This document shows, piece by piece, positions 15,087-32,916 of a stretch of DNA of 64,000 bases (position 1 is its first letter; each line of letters begins with the position of its first letter). A model generated the notes under the pieces. It saw only the letters and a program-made list of their open reading frames with translations. It did not search any database and had not been told where the DNA came from. The position numbers were made by a program, and so were the translations under genes. The stretch comes from the human T2T-CHM13v2.0 reference genome, Homo sapiens, in the NCBI RefSeq assembly GCF_009914755.1, contig NC_060927.1; one strand, given 5' to 3'.

Positions 15087-16307
15087 CTAATCCTCTATTT
15101 TCTAAAATATTATAGTAGCAATTTTTTGATCTGGTAGAACTCACCTAAACTTTAATAAAACTTAACCATAAAAACATTTATTACAATATTTATAGATATT
15201 TACTGAGTACCTTTATATAACAGGCACTATACTAGACACTGAAAAAATAGCAGATAACAGGCTATTGCATTGATATGCAGAAAATAAAAAACTGTGATGC
15301 ATTAGAGACCCTGTAGCTACTTCAGAATGAGTGGTCAAAGAAGGCCACTATATATACTATTTGCAACTGCAGAAAACAGGAAGTCACCCAAATGTCCACC
15401 AGTAGTAAACAGCCCAAATATCCATCAATCATGAAAAAAATATCCAACCGGATACTATGTAATCATGAAAAGCTTCAGGTAGATCTCTACATACTAATAT
15501 GGAAGATGTGCAACACACACTACAAATTGAAAACAAGGTACAAACCGGGTATACGTGAGTCTATGTGTAGACATTTCTTAAAGCGACTGTTTAGATGTGG
15601 GAATATATATTTTTAAAATATCCCCAAAATTGCTAATAGTGATTACTTCCGGGAAGAAGAACTTGGGGTGGGAAGAGTCTATATTCCATTTAATACTCTT
15701 CAGAATGTACATATATATGTATTCTTTCCATTTAAACATTGAAATTTTATTTTTAATATGTAAATAAAAGCCAAATCAGTGTGACAGAAAACATGGGTGT
15801 TCTCTTCTTGATCTGTCTGCAAATGTTATATTTCTAATGTATAGTCTTAATATATCAATGCTACACTGCACTTAGAGAAGCTGGTAATAACATGTCCATC
15901 TAGGTCTTTTCCCACTTGGGTCTTCCCCCCGCCCGTTACTAATACTCAAATGTCCTTACCAAAGAAGAATGTTCATACCTCTTAAGCAGGTTATTGAGAA
16001 ACTACAAATGTCCTGTGTGATAATATCCCTAAATTTAGGTTTTAAAAAATAATTAATTATAAAAGAACTCCAATGATTCTAAAGGAAACCATACTTCAAA
16101 AGAATTTTCCAACACAAATAAGCCTAATTATTTAGCGGCATTTTCCAGTCAGGGGCAAAGAAGTCATTTCCAAAATTAGCAATTCAAACTCATATTTTAA
16201 CATTATAAGGCAATTACAACTATACGCTTAATAATATGGAAGGCAGTAAACGTGGTACACCATGAGATTTTAAAATGAAACAAATTAGCCGAATTTGAGT
16301 TTCTTAC

Positions 16308-16435
16308 CTAATGTAGCATGATTTTCTTGTTCCTGACTCTTTTCCAAAAAGGCCATCATTTTTGAATATTTGTCAGTCCACCAAGGATTATACTTCAAAA
16401 TCTGTTCAATCGCCTCATCTTCAAAAAAGTCAGCT
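16308..16435 (-). CDS. SHQ1: SHQ1 exon 6 (128 nt; [42 protein letters not shown])
   Basis: ttcctag|AGCTGAC ... ACATTAG|gtaaga. Confidence 0.97.
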
Positions 16436-16670
16436 CTAGGAAAAAACATTGAAAGAACTTACTATACAGGATTTCACTGGCTTTTACTTTTTAACATTTT
16501 ATCTTAACTCATATTTGTACTAGAAATACAGATTTTAATTCAAAGTACATTTCAAGGAAAGACTGAACACTATATTTACTTTCTTTGTAGTTACTAACCA
16601 CAAACATAAGTTATTTACCATAAAACAAAAGTAAGTATCTGCCTAAAGGGATATATAACATTGCTGATCT

Positions 16671-16985
16671 CTTTTTTTTTTTTTTTTAACTTTTTTTAAA
16701 AGAGATGGGTCTCACTCTGTCATTCAGGCTAGAGTACAGTAGTAACATAATCACAGCTCACTGCAGCCTCAAACTCCTGGGGTCAAGCAATCCTCCTGTC
16801 TCAGCCTCTCAAGTAGCTATGACTATAGGCACATGCTACTGTGCCTGGCTAATTTCTATTTTTTCATAGAAACAGGGTCTTGCTTCCTTGCCCAGACAGG
16901 TCTTAAACTCTCGGCCTCAAGTGACCCTCCCACCGCAGCCTCCCAAAGTGTGATGGGATTACAGGCTTGACCCACTGTGTCCAAC
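16671..16985 (-). mobile_element. AluJ-like
   Basis: diverged antisense Alu; TSD CTGATCTCTTT. Confidence 0.9.
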
Positions 16986-17243
16986 CTCTGATCTCTTTAA
17001 ATAGAAGGTACATAGAAGACTGGTCCTACCCTGAAGTCCCATCCCATATTCGATGATGTGAAATGAAGCAAATCTGAAGACACATTGGACTGAAATCTAG
17101 CACTTGTGCTAGGTATGCAAGTACTACAGACTTTAGTAAAATTTCAATAAAGGAAAAAATTTTTGAACTCAACCAGCAAAGAAAAACAAGCAGATGAGTA
17201 GGAAATTCAGGATACTGCATCTCCACAAAGAGGCTAAAAGGGG

Positions 17244-17245
<2 letters not shown>

Positions 17246-17283
<38 letters not shown>
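17246..17283. repeat. (CA)n microsatellite, about 19 units
   Basis: direct. Confidence 0.98.
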
Positions 17284-17284
<1 letters not shown>

Positions 17285-18329
17285 ATTTTTGGCATGTGCA
17301 CTCATATTTTCTACCAAGATAAAATCTATTTTATTAAGATACTAATTTTAAAGTTCCTTAAACTACTGAAGAAGATAAAAGCAACATTTGTAGAGAACAG
17401 AAAGCTAATTTTCCTGCACTCTACATTCCTGTTTTAACTAGAAAAATAACAGCCACATTCAAAATACACCTCTCACTCTTGGAGGACACTTATTCAGAAA
17501 TGATTCTATCTTGCATTCAAAGTTGGAAATTGGTATTCTTGGGAAAAGCATTAACAAGGTATAACTCATGGTGAAAATTTTATTTATATTTTAGTTAACT
17601 AGAAACTCAAGGAATTGGTTGCTTTGATACACTGAATTTTCTAACTGATAGTTTTACAACCTTATAGTTGTAAACTATAATCTTATATCAGTTTCTAACT
17701 GATAGTTTTCCACAGCCTTCCCTTTCAACTGAGATACTGAAATCACTTAAAAATTAGAAAGATCACAGACAACTTACGGAGTTCTTTGTATGTTCCAGGC
17801 ACCGCACTAAAAGCTTTGCATCCATTATTTCCTTGAATCCTCACACCATCACTATAGGCATGGGGTACTATCAATATCCTCATTTTACAAAGGTAGAAAC
17901 TGAGGCTCAGAAAAGTTTTGTATCTTGGCCAAGTTCAGAGAACAAGTAAAAACCATAGCTAGGATGTAGACATACTGAACTCTTACTTCAGACTCCAAGC
18001 TCTTAACCAACATAAATATTCCATTTTTATATATGAGGAAATAAAGTACATATTAGACAAAACTGAACAGCTAATATCTTGAAATAGGAATTCTCAATAA
18101 CAATTTCCAACAGGTGCACAGACATATGAGACAAGGACAAAATAGCTGCTTCATAAACTAATCCTGCTAAGCCTATTTTCTTATTAGCTATCTCTTTCTC
18201 CTTAAAGTGAAGGAACTCTTTTGAATTGAAGTTCTACTATAAACTCATCCACAAATCAGAACGTGAGCTTTTTTCTAGGATATGAATTTCAAAGGGATAA
18301 ACAATAACAATAAATGGCTAAAATGCTAA

Positions 18330-19320
18330 ATAAGTCATTCATTCAACAGAAAGTACTGACATTGTCCCATGTTCCATGATCCATGTTAGGCACTGGAGTT
18401 CCATTCATGACAAGACACAGACAGTCCTGGCCCTCACACAACTTACAATCCCATGGGAGAGTCAAGCAATTACAATATAGCAAAATGCTATGACATATCA
18501 GCAGTACAGGATTCTAGGGCAAAATAAATTAGAATGACAGGCAAGGACCCTGGAGGATATAATACCTAAACCAATGGTTGAATGATAATGAACAGTTAAC
18601 CAGATGAAGGGGGTGGGACAGAGTATTCTGTAATGAAAAACTGGTTGGCGAAGGCTAGAAAACAAGAAGGCACATTTAAGGGAAAAAAAGTTGAAAGAAG
18701 CTGAACATAATATAGTGGCAACCACCTTGTAAGCCATGTTTAAAAAATCTCAAAGATTATCCCTACCAACTAAACACTTAAAAGCTTTTTACATAGGGGA
18801 ATGACATTAGCATGGTTTAGAAACATCACTCTTATTGCAGCCTGGAAAATGATTTAAAGGGAGAAACCTGGAGAAGCAGACATAATGGTGGCCTAGGATA
18901 AGAGAGTGGCAGTGGACATGGAGAAAAGTGGATGAATCTGACCTATACGTAGATGACAGAACCCTCAGGTTGTAGGGAATGAAGAGCTCGAGGAGTGAAA
19001 AATGACACTGAGAATTCTGGCCTCCACAACTCAGTGGACAACAGTGTCCTTCGTTGAGACAGGGAAGCTAACAGACATGAGTGAGAAATAACGACTCCTG
19101 CTTGGGATAGGTTGAGTATGACATGCCTTTTTTTAGGATTTACAAACAGACCCATCCAATAGGTAGGTGGACATACAAGTCTGATGCTCAAGACAGAGAT
19201 ATGAGAGTCATAAGCATTTAAACCAAGAAGAGGATAAAATTGCCCAGGAAGAACTGGCACAGTGAGAGAAAAGGGCCTTGGACACCACAGCGCAGAGGAC
19301 ACCAAAGGCAAGAGTAAAGG
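18330..19320 (-). mobile_element. L2 LINE fragment
   Basis: tcattcattcaaca tail; gacagtcctggccctcacacaacttacaatc; gtggcagtggacatggagaaaagtggatgaat. Confidence 0.75.
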
Positions 19321-19581
19321 AGCCTAACTGAAAAGATGCTGTTTTCCTCCCCAAGGGACCATGATGAAGGGAAAAAGAAAACTGGCTTGGTAACATGGTA
19401 TTTCTACCACCTCCATCCCCCTCCCCACCAAAAACACCTCCAAAATGTTTGATTATTTTGAGTAAAATTTCACTAATACAGTCCTAGTAATCTGAACTGT
19501 GGTCTATGCTTGAATTGTCCATGAATTAAGAGTTTCATGAACAAGCGCTGACGGTGACTAATGTTTTACTTTTCATAATAA

Positions 19582-19937
<356 letters not shown>

Positions 19938-19959
19938 TTTTTCAAGACTTTCAAGGTCA

Positions 19960-21130
<1,171 letters not shown>

Positions 21131-24100
21131 GAGTCAAGTCAGTGGGATGCCTAGTCACTCTCTTCAATATGCTTCTTCTTCATAGCACTTGATTACAATA
21201 AAACCCCTTTAGTACGCTTCTTCTTCATAGCACTTAATTACAATAAAAATAGTGTCTACTTCCTCCACTACAATGGAAGCCCCATGGACAACACAGAGAT
21301 TGAGATCTTGCCGTAGGCACCACGGTGTCTTTGGTATCTATGACACTGCTTAGCATGTACTTCATTCAGACAAATATTTGTTGAACAAATAAATACATAA
21401 ATGAAAGAAGGGATACATAAAATTGTATTCTAATGCTTTTTCTCAAGTTCTGTGTTTTGAATTGAGAGCCACCTCAGAAGCAGGTGATCTTGCTCCCAGC
21501 CATCCAATTACTATTTGTTGTCTTAATATCTACTCAATAAACCCAAGAACTTAATTAATATACATCTTTTTTCACAAATTTAGAGTAATGAAAAATTATC
21601 ACAATTTAAAATGGTACAACAAATGGTATAAGATCATTTTTGTCCCTTTTCTTATCTCACAGATGTTTAGAATACTGACTGAATTCTTTTGTTTTCTCCC
21701 AAAGAAATAGGCAAGATTTTATGAACTGGTTAATGTAAAATGTATGCCAACAATTAGAAAACTATTTGGGAAGAAGAAAACCAAACACTCTCAGCAAGAG
21801 AAGTATGAATACTTGGCTATAATAATAAGCAGTGAGGAATGACTATTAAGAAATGCTTCAAGATGCTGTCAACATATTTTAGTGTAAAAATAATACCCCA
21901 AAGGAATTACAAATAAGAAATGGATAATAAAAAACAATCAACATTTATGGATCATCTGTTACATGCCCAGCACTATAGTGAGCTGCAAAACATGCCAAAA
22001 AAAAAAAAACAGATTATACCAAAATAACATCCAGATTTTACAATAAAAGACTTTTAAATAACAATCTAAAATCATATATGTGCCTTTGAAATGTATAAAT
22101 TTTTCTTTACAATCAACTGACTTCACCGTGTTCTGCTTAGGCTGAAATTAAAATTCATTTTCCTAAAGCCCCCCAAATCCTGACAACATGAGGAAACACT
22201 ATGACTTGTAAAGACAAGTCAAACAACTTACAAATAGGTAATATTATGCTAATCTTATATACATTATTATGCTAATATTATATACATTATGTATTACATG
22301 TGTATATCACAATGTATTATCTGCATGGTGATAGTAATTTAAAGTGAGCCTTTTTTTCTCCACTGTTTTAACCACTAACAACAAGAAAAAAAAGCACTGA
22401 GCTAAAAAAAAGAATTTTTAAATAAAAATTAAAAAGAATTTTAGTTGCATTTCATTTAATATTAATACATTTGGGTGAGTCAGTCAGCTAATATAAATAG
22501 TGAGTAGTAACACAAAAATTACACTGAGCCAAAGTCTTACTGCTATCAGAAAAGTCACAAAGAATCTTTACCTCATGACTCCCACTCTCCTCACTTAGCC
22601 CATAACTAAATTTAAACCATTCTTGTAAGAACAGTTCTTTGAGAAGTGGAAAGAATATTTCATGCATAGTATTAAAGAAAATGAGCTTCTGGATAAAGAC
22701 ACACAGAAGATGGAGAAAAATAAGGGCTGCTTATAATATCACACTGCTAACTATAAATTCCAATTTCCTAATTCTCTCAGGCCATAGTTATTCTTCTAGT
22801 TTTAGAAGAGAGGAGATAGGCAGTTCTTCTAATTAAGCTCCCTCCCACTTGAAATTTCAGTCTTGTAAAGTTCATTCTGTTTTTATGCTAGCCTGAGAAA
22901 TTTGCTGACAATGAAATTTCCACTTTAAATATTCAGCATGATTTTAAATGGGTTTCTTCAAATTGCTCTTCAGTGGACCTTTAAAACCACAATTGGAGAG
23001 ATAAAGGTAATTAGAAATAGCAGTGTAAATGGAGTTGAATCTCTCAGATGTCCTCCAAAATGTAACATACCCTGCTCTTACCCAGTTTCCCTTAGGATGT
23101 TGAACAGTTCAACCATTTATCATTACACATCACTCATTCCATTTGCACATCACAAGATATATCCCTGCCATTCCAATTAGTATCCTACTGTGTCACAGGA
23201 GATAGAATGTTAATCACGAGAGCTACAGCAGTTAAACTGAAATAGTGTACATGAAAAGGATATACAAAATGACAAATGGAGAGACTCTTTTCAAGTCTTG
23301 GCCAAGCCACTTAGTAGTAGTGTGACCTTGAGCAAGTCCCTTAAACTCCTCTCCTCATCTGTTGTGAAAACTGAATAATCACATGAGTGCACTTTATAAG
23401 CTGCAGGTACTATACCAATATAAGGAGATATGATGATTATAGCTATATATGTAACAGTTTGGAAAATCTTGACCCAGAATTAATAATTAAGGTCTACATC
23501 AACATAAAACCCTCATTCTCCACGCATCCTAGCAGAGCCACATGTCCAAGAGAGGTCAAGCGACAATCCTTGGAAGAAATGCTGCTATCCTGGCCAGTGG
23601 GAGGTATCACAATCTCTCAAGTCATCATGTACCTATCTGTTAATTAGATAAGTTCTTTATGCAAATTTAAGCCTGATGGAGATACATTATAGCCAAAAAC
23701 ACAATTAATGCCAGTGGGAAATAATACAGCAAAACTTCAAATTAGATTCTATTTATTCTCTACCACGAAGAATAATTATTTGTTCATTGGAAACATATCA
23801 CTGATTACAAGGGCTAGTGGATGAAAGTTATTAGGAAGATCCTGGGATCAGCCAAGAAATGTGGTACAGGTACATTTAAATTCTTAAAGAAATTGAAACA
23901 TATTTTCATTTATGCATACCATTAATCACAACCAAAAGTTTACTTAAAAGAAGTGTAATAGTCTCATGAATTCAGTATTATATTTTTAAGCCTGGCGAGA
24001 AAAAAACTAAAAAGTATGTTAGAAGAGTTCTCTGTTGCTAAGATGAACAACTTGAGATATAAGAGGCAACATCTTACAAAGATTACAGAGGTACAACCAT

Positions 24101-24252
24101 TGTAGGTTAATTCAAATGTCCATTAAGGTCTTCAGTCATCAATAATTTCTGGAATCCGAAATGCACATCCCTAGCAGAGTTTAAAAGACACTCAAAAATT
24201 TTAAAATAAATGTCAAGTAAATTATTTAATCCTCAAAAATCTCATTACTCAC

Positions 24253-24365
24253 AGATAATGATCAGGATCAAACTTGGCCAGCTCAGCGGCCAGGCGCTTC
24301 TGTCTTCGTTCAGCTGCAGGGGTGAAATCTGGATCCTTAATATCAATAACATCACTCAGTTCATC
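24253..24365 (-). CDS. SHQ1: SHQ1 exon 5 (113 nt; [38 protein letters not shown])
   Basis: cctcag|GATGAA ... CATTATCT|gtgagt. Confidence 0.97.
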
Positions 24366-24817
24366 CTGAGGACACCCAGAAAAGAAAGAATAATTGCTAT
24401 CTCCTATTTTTAGCATTTAAAACTCAAATTTTATACAAAATGCCAAAGCACAGGAAGAACCTAACTGATCAGTAAACCATGATGCCACCTGTGACATTTA
24501 GATTCAAATCCAACAAATGTTTAAGCACCTACTACTTGGTAGGGCCTGTGAGATCTTTCTCATAAATTATCTCATTTAATCCTTACAACAAACAAGCTGA
24601 CTGACAGATATTAAGGCTATAAAAGTTTAACATAAAAAACAGAATGGAATAAACCCCTACAAGCAAGCAGGAACATTTAACTCAACATCCATTTCCCCAT
24701 TTACACCTAGAGATTTGAAAGTTATTAAACGTAGAGTGGCTGGATTTTCAGACATCTACACGGTCTCTTCTTTCTTCCTATAGTCTAGCTCAGCTGGTCT
24801 AAAGAAGCATTACCGTA

Positions 24818-25516
<699 letters not shown>

Positions 25517-26072
25517 TCAGTTTTCCTGTCATTGCCTTTGCCTAGATGCATACATACTGATATGGAACATGTTTCCCAAGCCAAATCCTACAGAATAAAT
25601 GGACATTAGGAAAACTGCCTAGGATGCCATATGGTCTTTATTCGTTTCACCAGAATTGCGAAGCAAAGAAACCTTATACAATGTGAAATACTCCTAAAAT
25701 TGTGTCTTTTTTTCTTTCTTCTGTCTCACTACTCCTGCTACCAACCACAAGTGAGAAGTACAGAAACTGGAAGAAGCTTAAAGAATATTAGCTGAAAAGA
25801 AATCAAGGGAAATAACTTAGAGAGTTGAGAAAGCAAACTGTTAAGACATTTATAAACAGACTTATAGGTTGGTGCCTAATAGGCAAGTTTAAAAGTTGAT
25901 GGCTGTAATGCAAAAACCACTGCAACAAATGTGAGCAATGCTGAATCAGTTAGAGATAGGATAGAGCCTCTCCAATCAAAATTTCCATATAATAATTTTA
26001 AAATTCTCTCATCCCTATCACAATCCATTTAGCTTAAGTAGTATCAATAATATTTCATCTAAGCACATACTA

Positions 26073-26482
<410 letters not shown>

Positions 26483-26729
26483 TTACTGGCTGTCTCCAAA
26501 CTTACAAAAATTTACATTCCAAAAGTTCCTTTGCAATTTACTTTTTGGAGAATTAGAATATATTATACCATATCCTACTGAAATACTATTATGTAGTATT
26601 TTCCTTTGAGTGCCATGCTGGTGCTCAAAAAGTTCTGGATCTACATCTCAGCTCCAGTGGAATCATGCAGACTCTCTGAACCTCAGCTTTCTTACTGTCA
26701 AGTCCAGTAACATCTCTATCACAGCACTA

Positions 26730-27143
26730 GGTATTAGTTTCCTCTTTGCTTCCTGTGCTATAACAAATTTGCACAAACTTGGGCTTAACACAATGCACAT
26801 TTATTATCTTACAGTTCTGGAAGTCAGAAGACCAAAATCAGTCTCCCTGAGCTAAAATCAAGGGCTACACTCCTTTCTAGAGGTTCTAGGAGAGATTGTT
26901 TGTCCATACCATCTTAGAAGCTGTCCTCATTCCTTGGTTTGCAGCCCCACATCATAATACCATTCCTCCATCAGCTTCTTTTTTTTTTTTTTTTTTGAGA
27001 CAGAGTATCCAGGATACTCTCCCCATCTCAACATCCTCAACATAACCAAATCTGCAAAATACCTTTTGCAACATAATGTAACATATTCTGGGGAGAAGCA
27101 CAAGGACATTTTTTTGGGGAAGGGGACAGTTTTCTGTACTACA
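26730..27143 (-). mobile_element. MLT1 (MLT1D-like) solo LTR inside a MIR
   Basis: gtattagtttcct...tttattatcttacagttctggaagtcagaag...aatctgcaaa. Confidence 0.75.
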
Positions 27144-28079
27144 GGCTGTTGTGAGGATTAAATGAGATAATACAAGTAAGGAACAAGCAGAGGCCTCAAT
27201 ACATTCAATAATGTCGGTTTCCTTTCTCTCTGTCTCCCTCTTCCACTGCTGCTCCCTGTTACTCACTGGCAAACTTCCTACTGAGTACAAAGCCTCCCCT
27301 CCACTTCCATTTCCTCACTTGCTAATAGCAATTTTAAAACACAGACTTACATGTTCTGCTTCATTATTTCACCTTGACCAGAAATAAAGTCATAAATGGG
27401 GTATAACCTGTGAGTCTCTGTAGACAACTCTACATTTCAGAGGGTAAATGGACCGACATAACCCCAGAAATTTAAAAACTCTAACTGCGCTGAGAGTAGC
27501 CCCAGACTGTGAGCACAGCTCTGCACAATCTAGCCCATCTTGTTCTTCAACCCCATGTTCACCGTCCTCTTCTGGCTCAAATACGCTCAAGCCACTCACT
27601 ATTCTTTCCATTTCTAGATAACGTCAATCAATTCCAATCCTGAGCCTTTACGCTTACAGTACCCTTCTCATCATTGAGAACTCAGTGCAAATGTCACTTT
27701 CTCAAAGGAGTCTTCTCTGGGCATCCTAGCCAAAGTAGTACCCCCAGTCTTTCACCTCACCCCATCCTTTCCCTTTACCTGTAACTATCTGTCATTATCC
27801 TGTTTACTTGTTATGTGTTTACATAATTACTGTCCATCTCCTCACTAGAATGTTCTCTGAGGGTAGAGATCTCATCTATCATCTTCTTCACTGTATCCCC
27901 ATCACTGTGCCCGGTGTCCAATATTAAATCATCTATTCTGCAAATAGTGCTAGAGGGCCTGCTATGGAGTAGAAACTGTTCTGGGTGCCAAAGTGGAAAT
28001 CCAGTAATAAACACACAGCACACAGACCAGGTCTCTACTCTCATGGGAAGGAGAACTGACCAATAAGAAAGCAGCTCTT

Positions 28080-28530
<451 letters not shown>

Positions 28531-29854
28531 TCAAACTGGACTCTAAAAAGAAACAGAAACAAACTAAAAGCAAAGGTAGCTTGGGGTTTAGAAGTAGAAG
28601 GCATTAATCAACCAAAGGGAAGAAAGAGGATGAGAAGTGTTCAACTACAGTAGGAAAAAAAGGTTCCTTTTTCTTTTAAACAATTGCTATGGCCACTAGT
28701 TATTAGAGCTATTTAAAGATAGACATTGCCAAGAAAAGGTCAGGTAGGATTTAAATTAAGTTTATGGAAGTTTAGGCACAGGTTAGGCAGAGACAATCCA
28801 GAAAGAAAATAAAGAACAATGAACACATCTGGCTAGTGGGTATCCCGGAAACAATGGCCTCAGGTCCCTGTGTAGCCAAAAGGACAGGGCCAGCAAGCCT
28901 GGCGTCCTGCAGCACTGGCAGCAGCAGTCCCAGGAGCTTGCTGGGTTGGCGCCCAGAGACTCTAGGATTGTTGCTGCTGGCAGCCACCACTGCCAGAAGC
29001 TTGTTGTGAAGTCCTGACTTTGAGCAGCTAGGGCAGTTTTCCAAAGGCACCCTGGTGGCTGGCAGCAATTTCAGAAAGGAAAAAAAGACTGGGGATAGGA
29101 AGAATATATCTCTGGGTATGGGGAGTGGAGGGAGGAATGTTCAAAGAGAATTTGTTTCAGCAAAAATATTTTATTTTCTTATTATCAGTATAAAATATAG
29201 ATGTTTACAAACAAATCCTGTCTAAAAAGTTGGAGGCAAAAAAATATGAAAGACTTCTGTAAAGGGCTAAATTATTCAATGAAGAAAAGATCCCTCAGTG
29301 TTGAAATTATGAATAATTTTTTTACTTTCTTCTTTGTATATTTTTATAATAAATCTGTATTGCTTTTATTATTAGAAACAAAAAAGCCATTTTTCATCTA
29401 CAGGGGGAGGAAAAAGCTGTAAAAATACTCATATGAGTAGTCAATGAAGCTGTATGGACATCTCTTCATCTATAGGCAGAACTAGAAAAAATAAACTTGT
29501 GAGAAAATACTATTTGAGAAAATGGTGAAGTTTTCAAAATCATTTTAAATTAGAAAAGATGTTCTAAAATCTCTTATTTGTGATCATCATTTCAGTTTCT
29601 TCTAGCTGCTTTACTCATAGAATTAGGGTCATATTATTAACCTTACATGATCACTCAGTTTTGAACCACTTGTTACGGCTGCCATAAACAGCAGCTGTGA
29701 ATGAAGAAGAACTCTACAAGTAATTAACCAATTATGCAAGATTTCTGTGGCAATATTTCATAAAACCTATCTACCTTAATATCTTCAAGAGGATACATTT
29801 CAATTTTTGGAATCTTGGGCTTACACTTGATTTCTAAGTCTGGTTGCTGCACAC

Positions 29855-30162
29855 GCAGTGCTCAGCACAGTGCTATCCAAATCCCCTGGAGCAAGGTGAG
29901 CTTCAGGATTCACTCTTTCAGAGTTTAGAAAGGTAACATGGTGCACACACCATACTTTATGTAATAACCTCTAAGATGTCTGGGGCAGCGCCCATATCCA
30001 AACACTACTTCTACAGGAAATTTTTGAATACGTACACTAAGTGGGATTTAAAAATCTGTATCGGTTCAGGTTAAGTTTTGCCACCAAATTAAATATTTTA
30101 ACTTTTAGTTTTCAGAACTTTGTGTGATCCCAGTATTGCACATATGGGGTTATAAACCTGTA
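29855..30162 (+). mobile_element. MER46C-like Tigger DNA element
   Basis: tttagaaaggtaa...tctggggcagc...cactaagtgggat...ggttcaggttaagttttgccaccaaat...cctg-TA. Confidence 0.75.
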
Positions 30163-30372
30163 CTACAAGTAGTATACTATTTACGTTATAAAACCCTTAG
30201 AGTTTTCCCAAATGCTCAGTTGTTTTTCCCCTACATTAGGGAATATTCATTCAAATTGTTTAGAAAAGCAATGCTCTTGCAATTAAAATTTGAAGAAGAG
30301 TTTAATGATTTTAGATGATTAAGCCATTTTAAAAGCTTAGAATAATAAACATTAAATTCAGTGGTTCATTTC

Positions 30373-30662
30373 CTTTTTTATTTTTTTGAGATGTAGTCTC
30401 ACTCTGTCACCCAGACTGGATGGAGTGCAGTGGCGCAATCTCGGCTCCCTGCAACCTCTGCCTCCTGGGTTCAAGCGATTCTCCTGCCAGCCTCCAAAAT
30501 GGCTGGGATTACAGGCATGCGCCACCACGCTCAGCTAATTTTTGTATTTTTAAGTAGAGACAGGGTTTTGCCATGTTGGCTAGACTGGTCTCAAACTCCT
30601 GACCCGCCTGCCTCAGCCTCCCAAAGTGCTGGAATTACAGGTGTGAGCCACTGCACCCAGCC
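30373..30662 (-). mobile_element. AluS-like
   Basis: antisense Alu; TSD about CAGTGGTT(C/T)ATTTC. Confidence 0.93.
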
Positions 30663-31600
30663 ACAGTGGTTTATTTCTGATGGGAAACAGAGGGATGTAA
30701 ACAAAAAGGGATTAGACAGGAGTCAACTATATTGGTTAATGTTTAATGTTTTTAACCTAAGTAATAGATGTCTAGGTATTTGATACATTAGTTAAGACAT
30801 CCAAAAAGAAAGTATAGCAGCTTAAAAAAAAAAAAAAACCTAAATTATTAAGTGAACATTTTCAAGATACAAGAATTTCTGACCTAAAAGGCACTCATTC
30901 TAGGCTCACATTATGGCATTCCTACAACATCTCAGCAACCTGTCAGAAATCTTTCAAAAGGATTTTCCGTAAACAGAAGCAACAATTAAGTAACAAATCC
31001 CTGGCCTCAAAGAAGCACTTCTAATGTAAATGTAAAATCCATACTTAGCCTGTGTGACATTTATTATCATTCATGTACAGCGTTAGATTGGCAAGCCCAA
31101 AACAGCCTGACCACAAACTATCTCTTGGCCAACAATTGAGGGCCATTCACTGTAGTTCCTGCTACAGACAAAACTGACTCTACTCTAATTACCTCTGAGA
31201 TCACCAGCGATTGTGATCAAGCAGAGAATATGGGCAGACCACAACTCAGCAGAAAAACACCTAAGTTTTTAGAAGGAAGGCTATTTCACCAGCATTTGCT
31301 CCTAAGTAAATCTCAATGTTGTTCCCTTTAAGGAATTTTGAGACCATTTTATATTTTTCAAAGGCAGGAGTCTTTACAGCATTCTACACTTTCCAAAGAG
31401 TTTTCACATGCATTATCTTTTTAAATTTTCAAGACAGCCTTATAAAGTAGGTGGGCAAATTTATCTCCACTTTCCAAAGAGGAGACAAAACTTACTTGTG
31501 GTCAAATAACTGGCCTGGTATCCCAAATCTTAACAGAGGTAGGAGCGGGACCAGAACCCAGGTCTTTTCCCTCTCCTTCGTAAATTCAAATATGTCTTAA

Positions 31601-32449
<849 letters not shown>

Positions 32450-32916
32450 GAGAATAGAAAATGGTGCCTACTATACACCAAGAATTAGACAATTTGATCA
32501 AAACACACAATCTCATTCTCGCCAGGAACATTCTATTTCATTTATATACAGAAAAGAAGAGACATCATGCCGTAAGTACATGATCTCACTTTTCAGAAGT
32601 ATAAAACATAAAGCTTTGCAGGAAGTATGAGAGAGGAGTTCTGCTTTGTACTTGGGAAACTTCATGTCTAGAATACTGAATAAAGGGGAGAAAAAAGAAA
32701 GCCACGGGGTGTCTGTAAGAGCAGTACAGTTAGGCAGAACAGCCAATGAAATGGAAGGGAATGCACATCTATGTACTTTAGCTGTGCTAAGTGCTTTAAA
32801 TACAATCACCTCCTGTAATATTATTTTTAAAAACTACCAAGTGTAAGCATAACTGAAATTAAAATATCCAAATGGAAAAACCCTATAGATCAAGATCTTT
32901 CAGAAAGACAACATAC

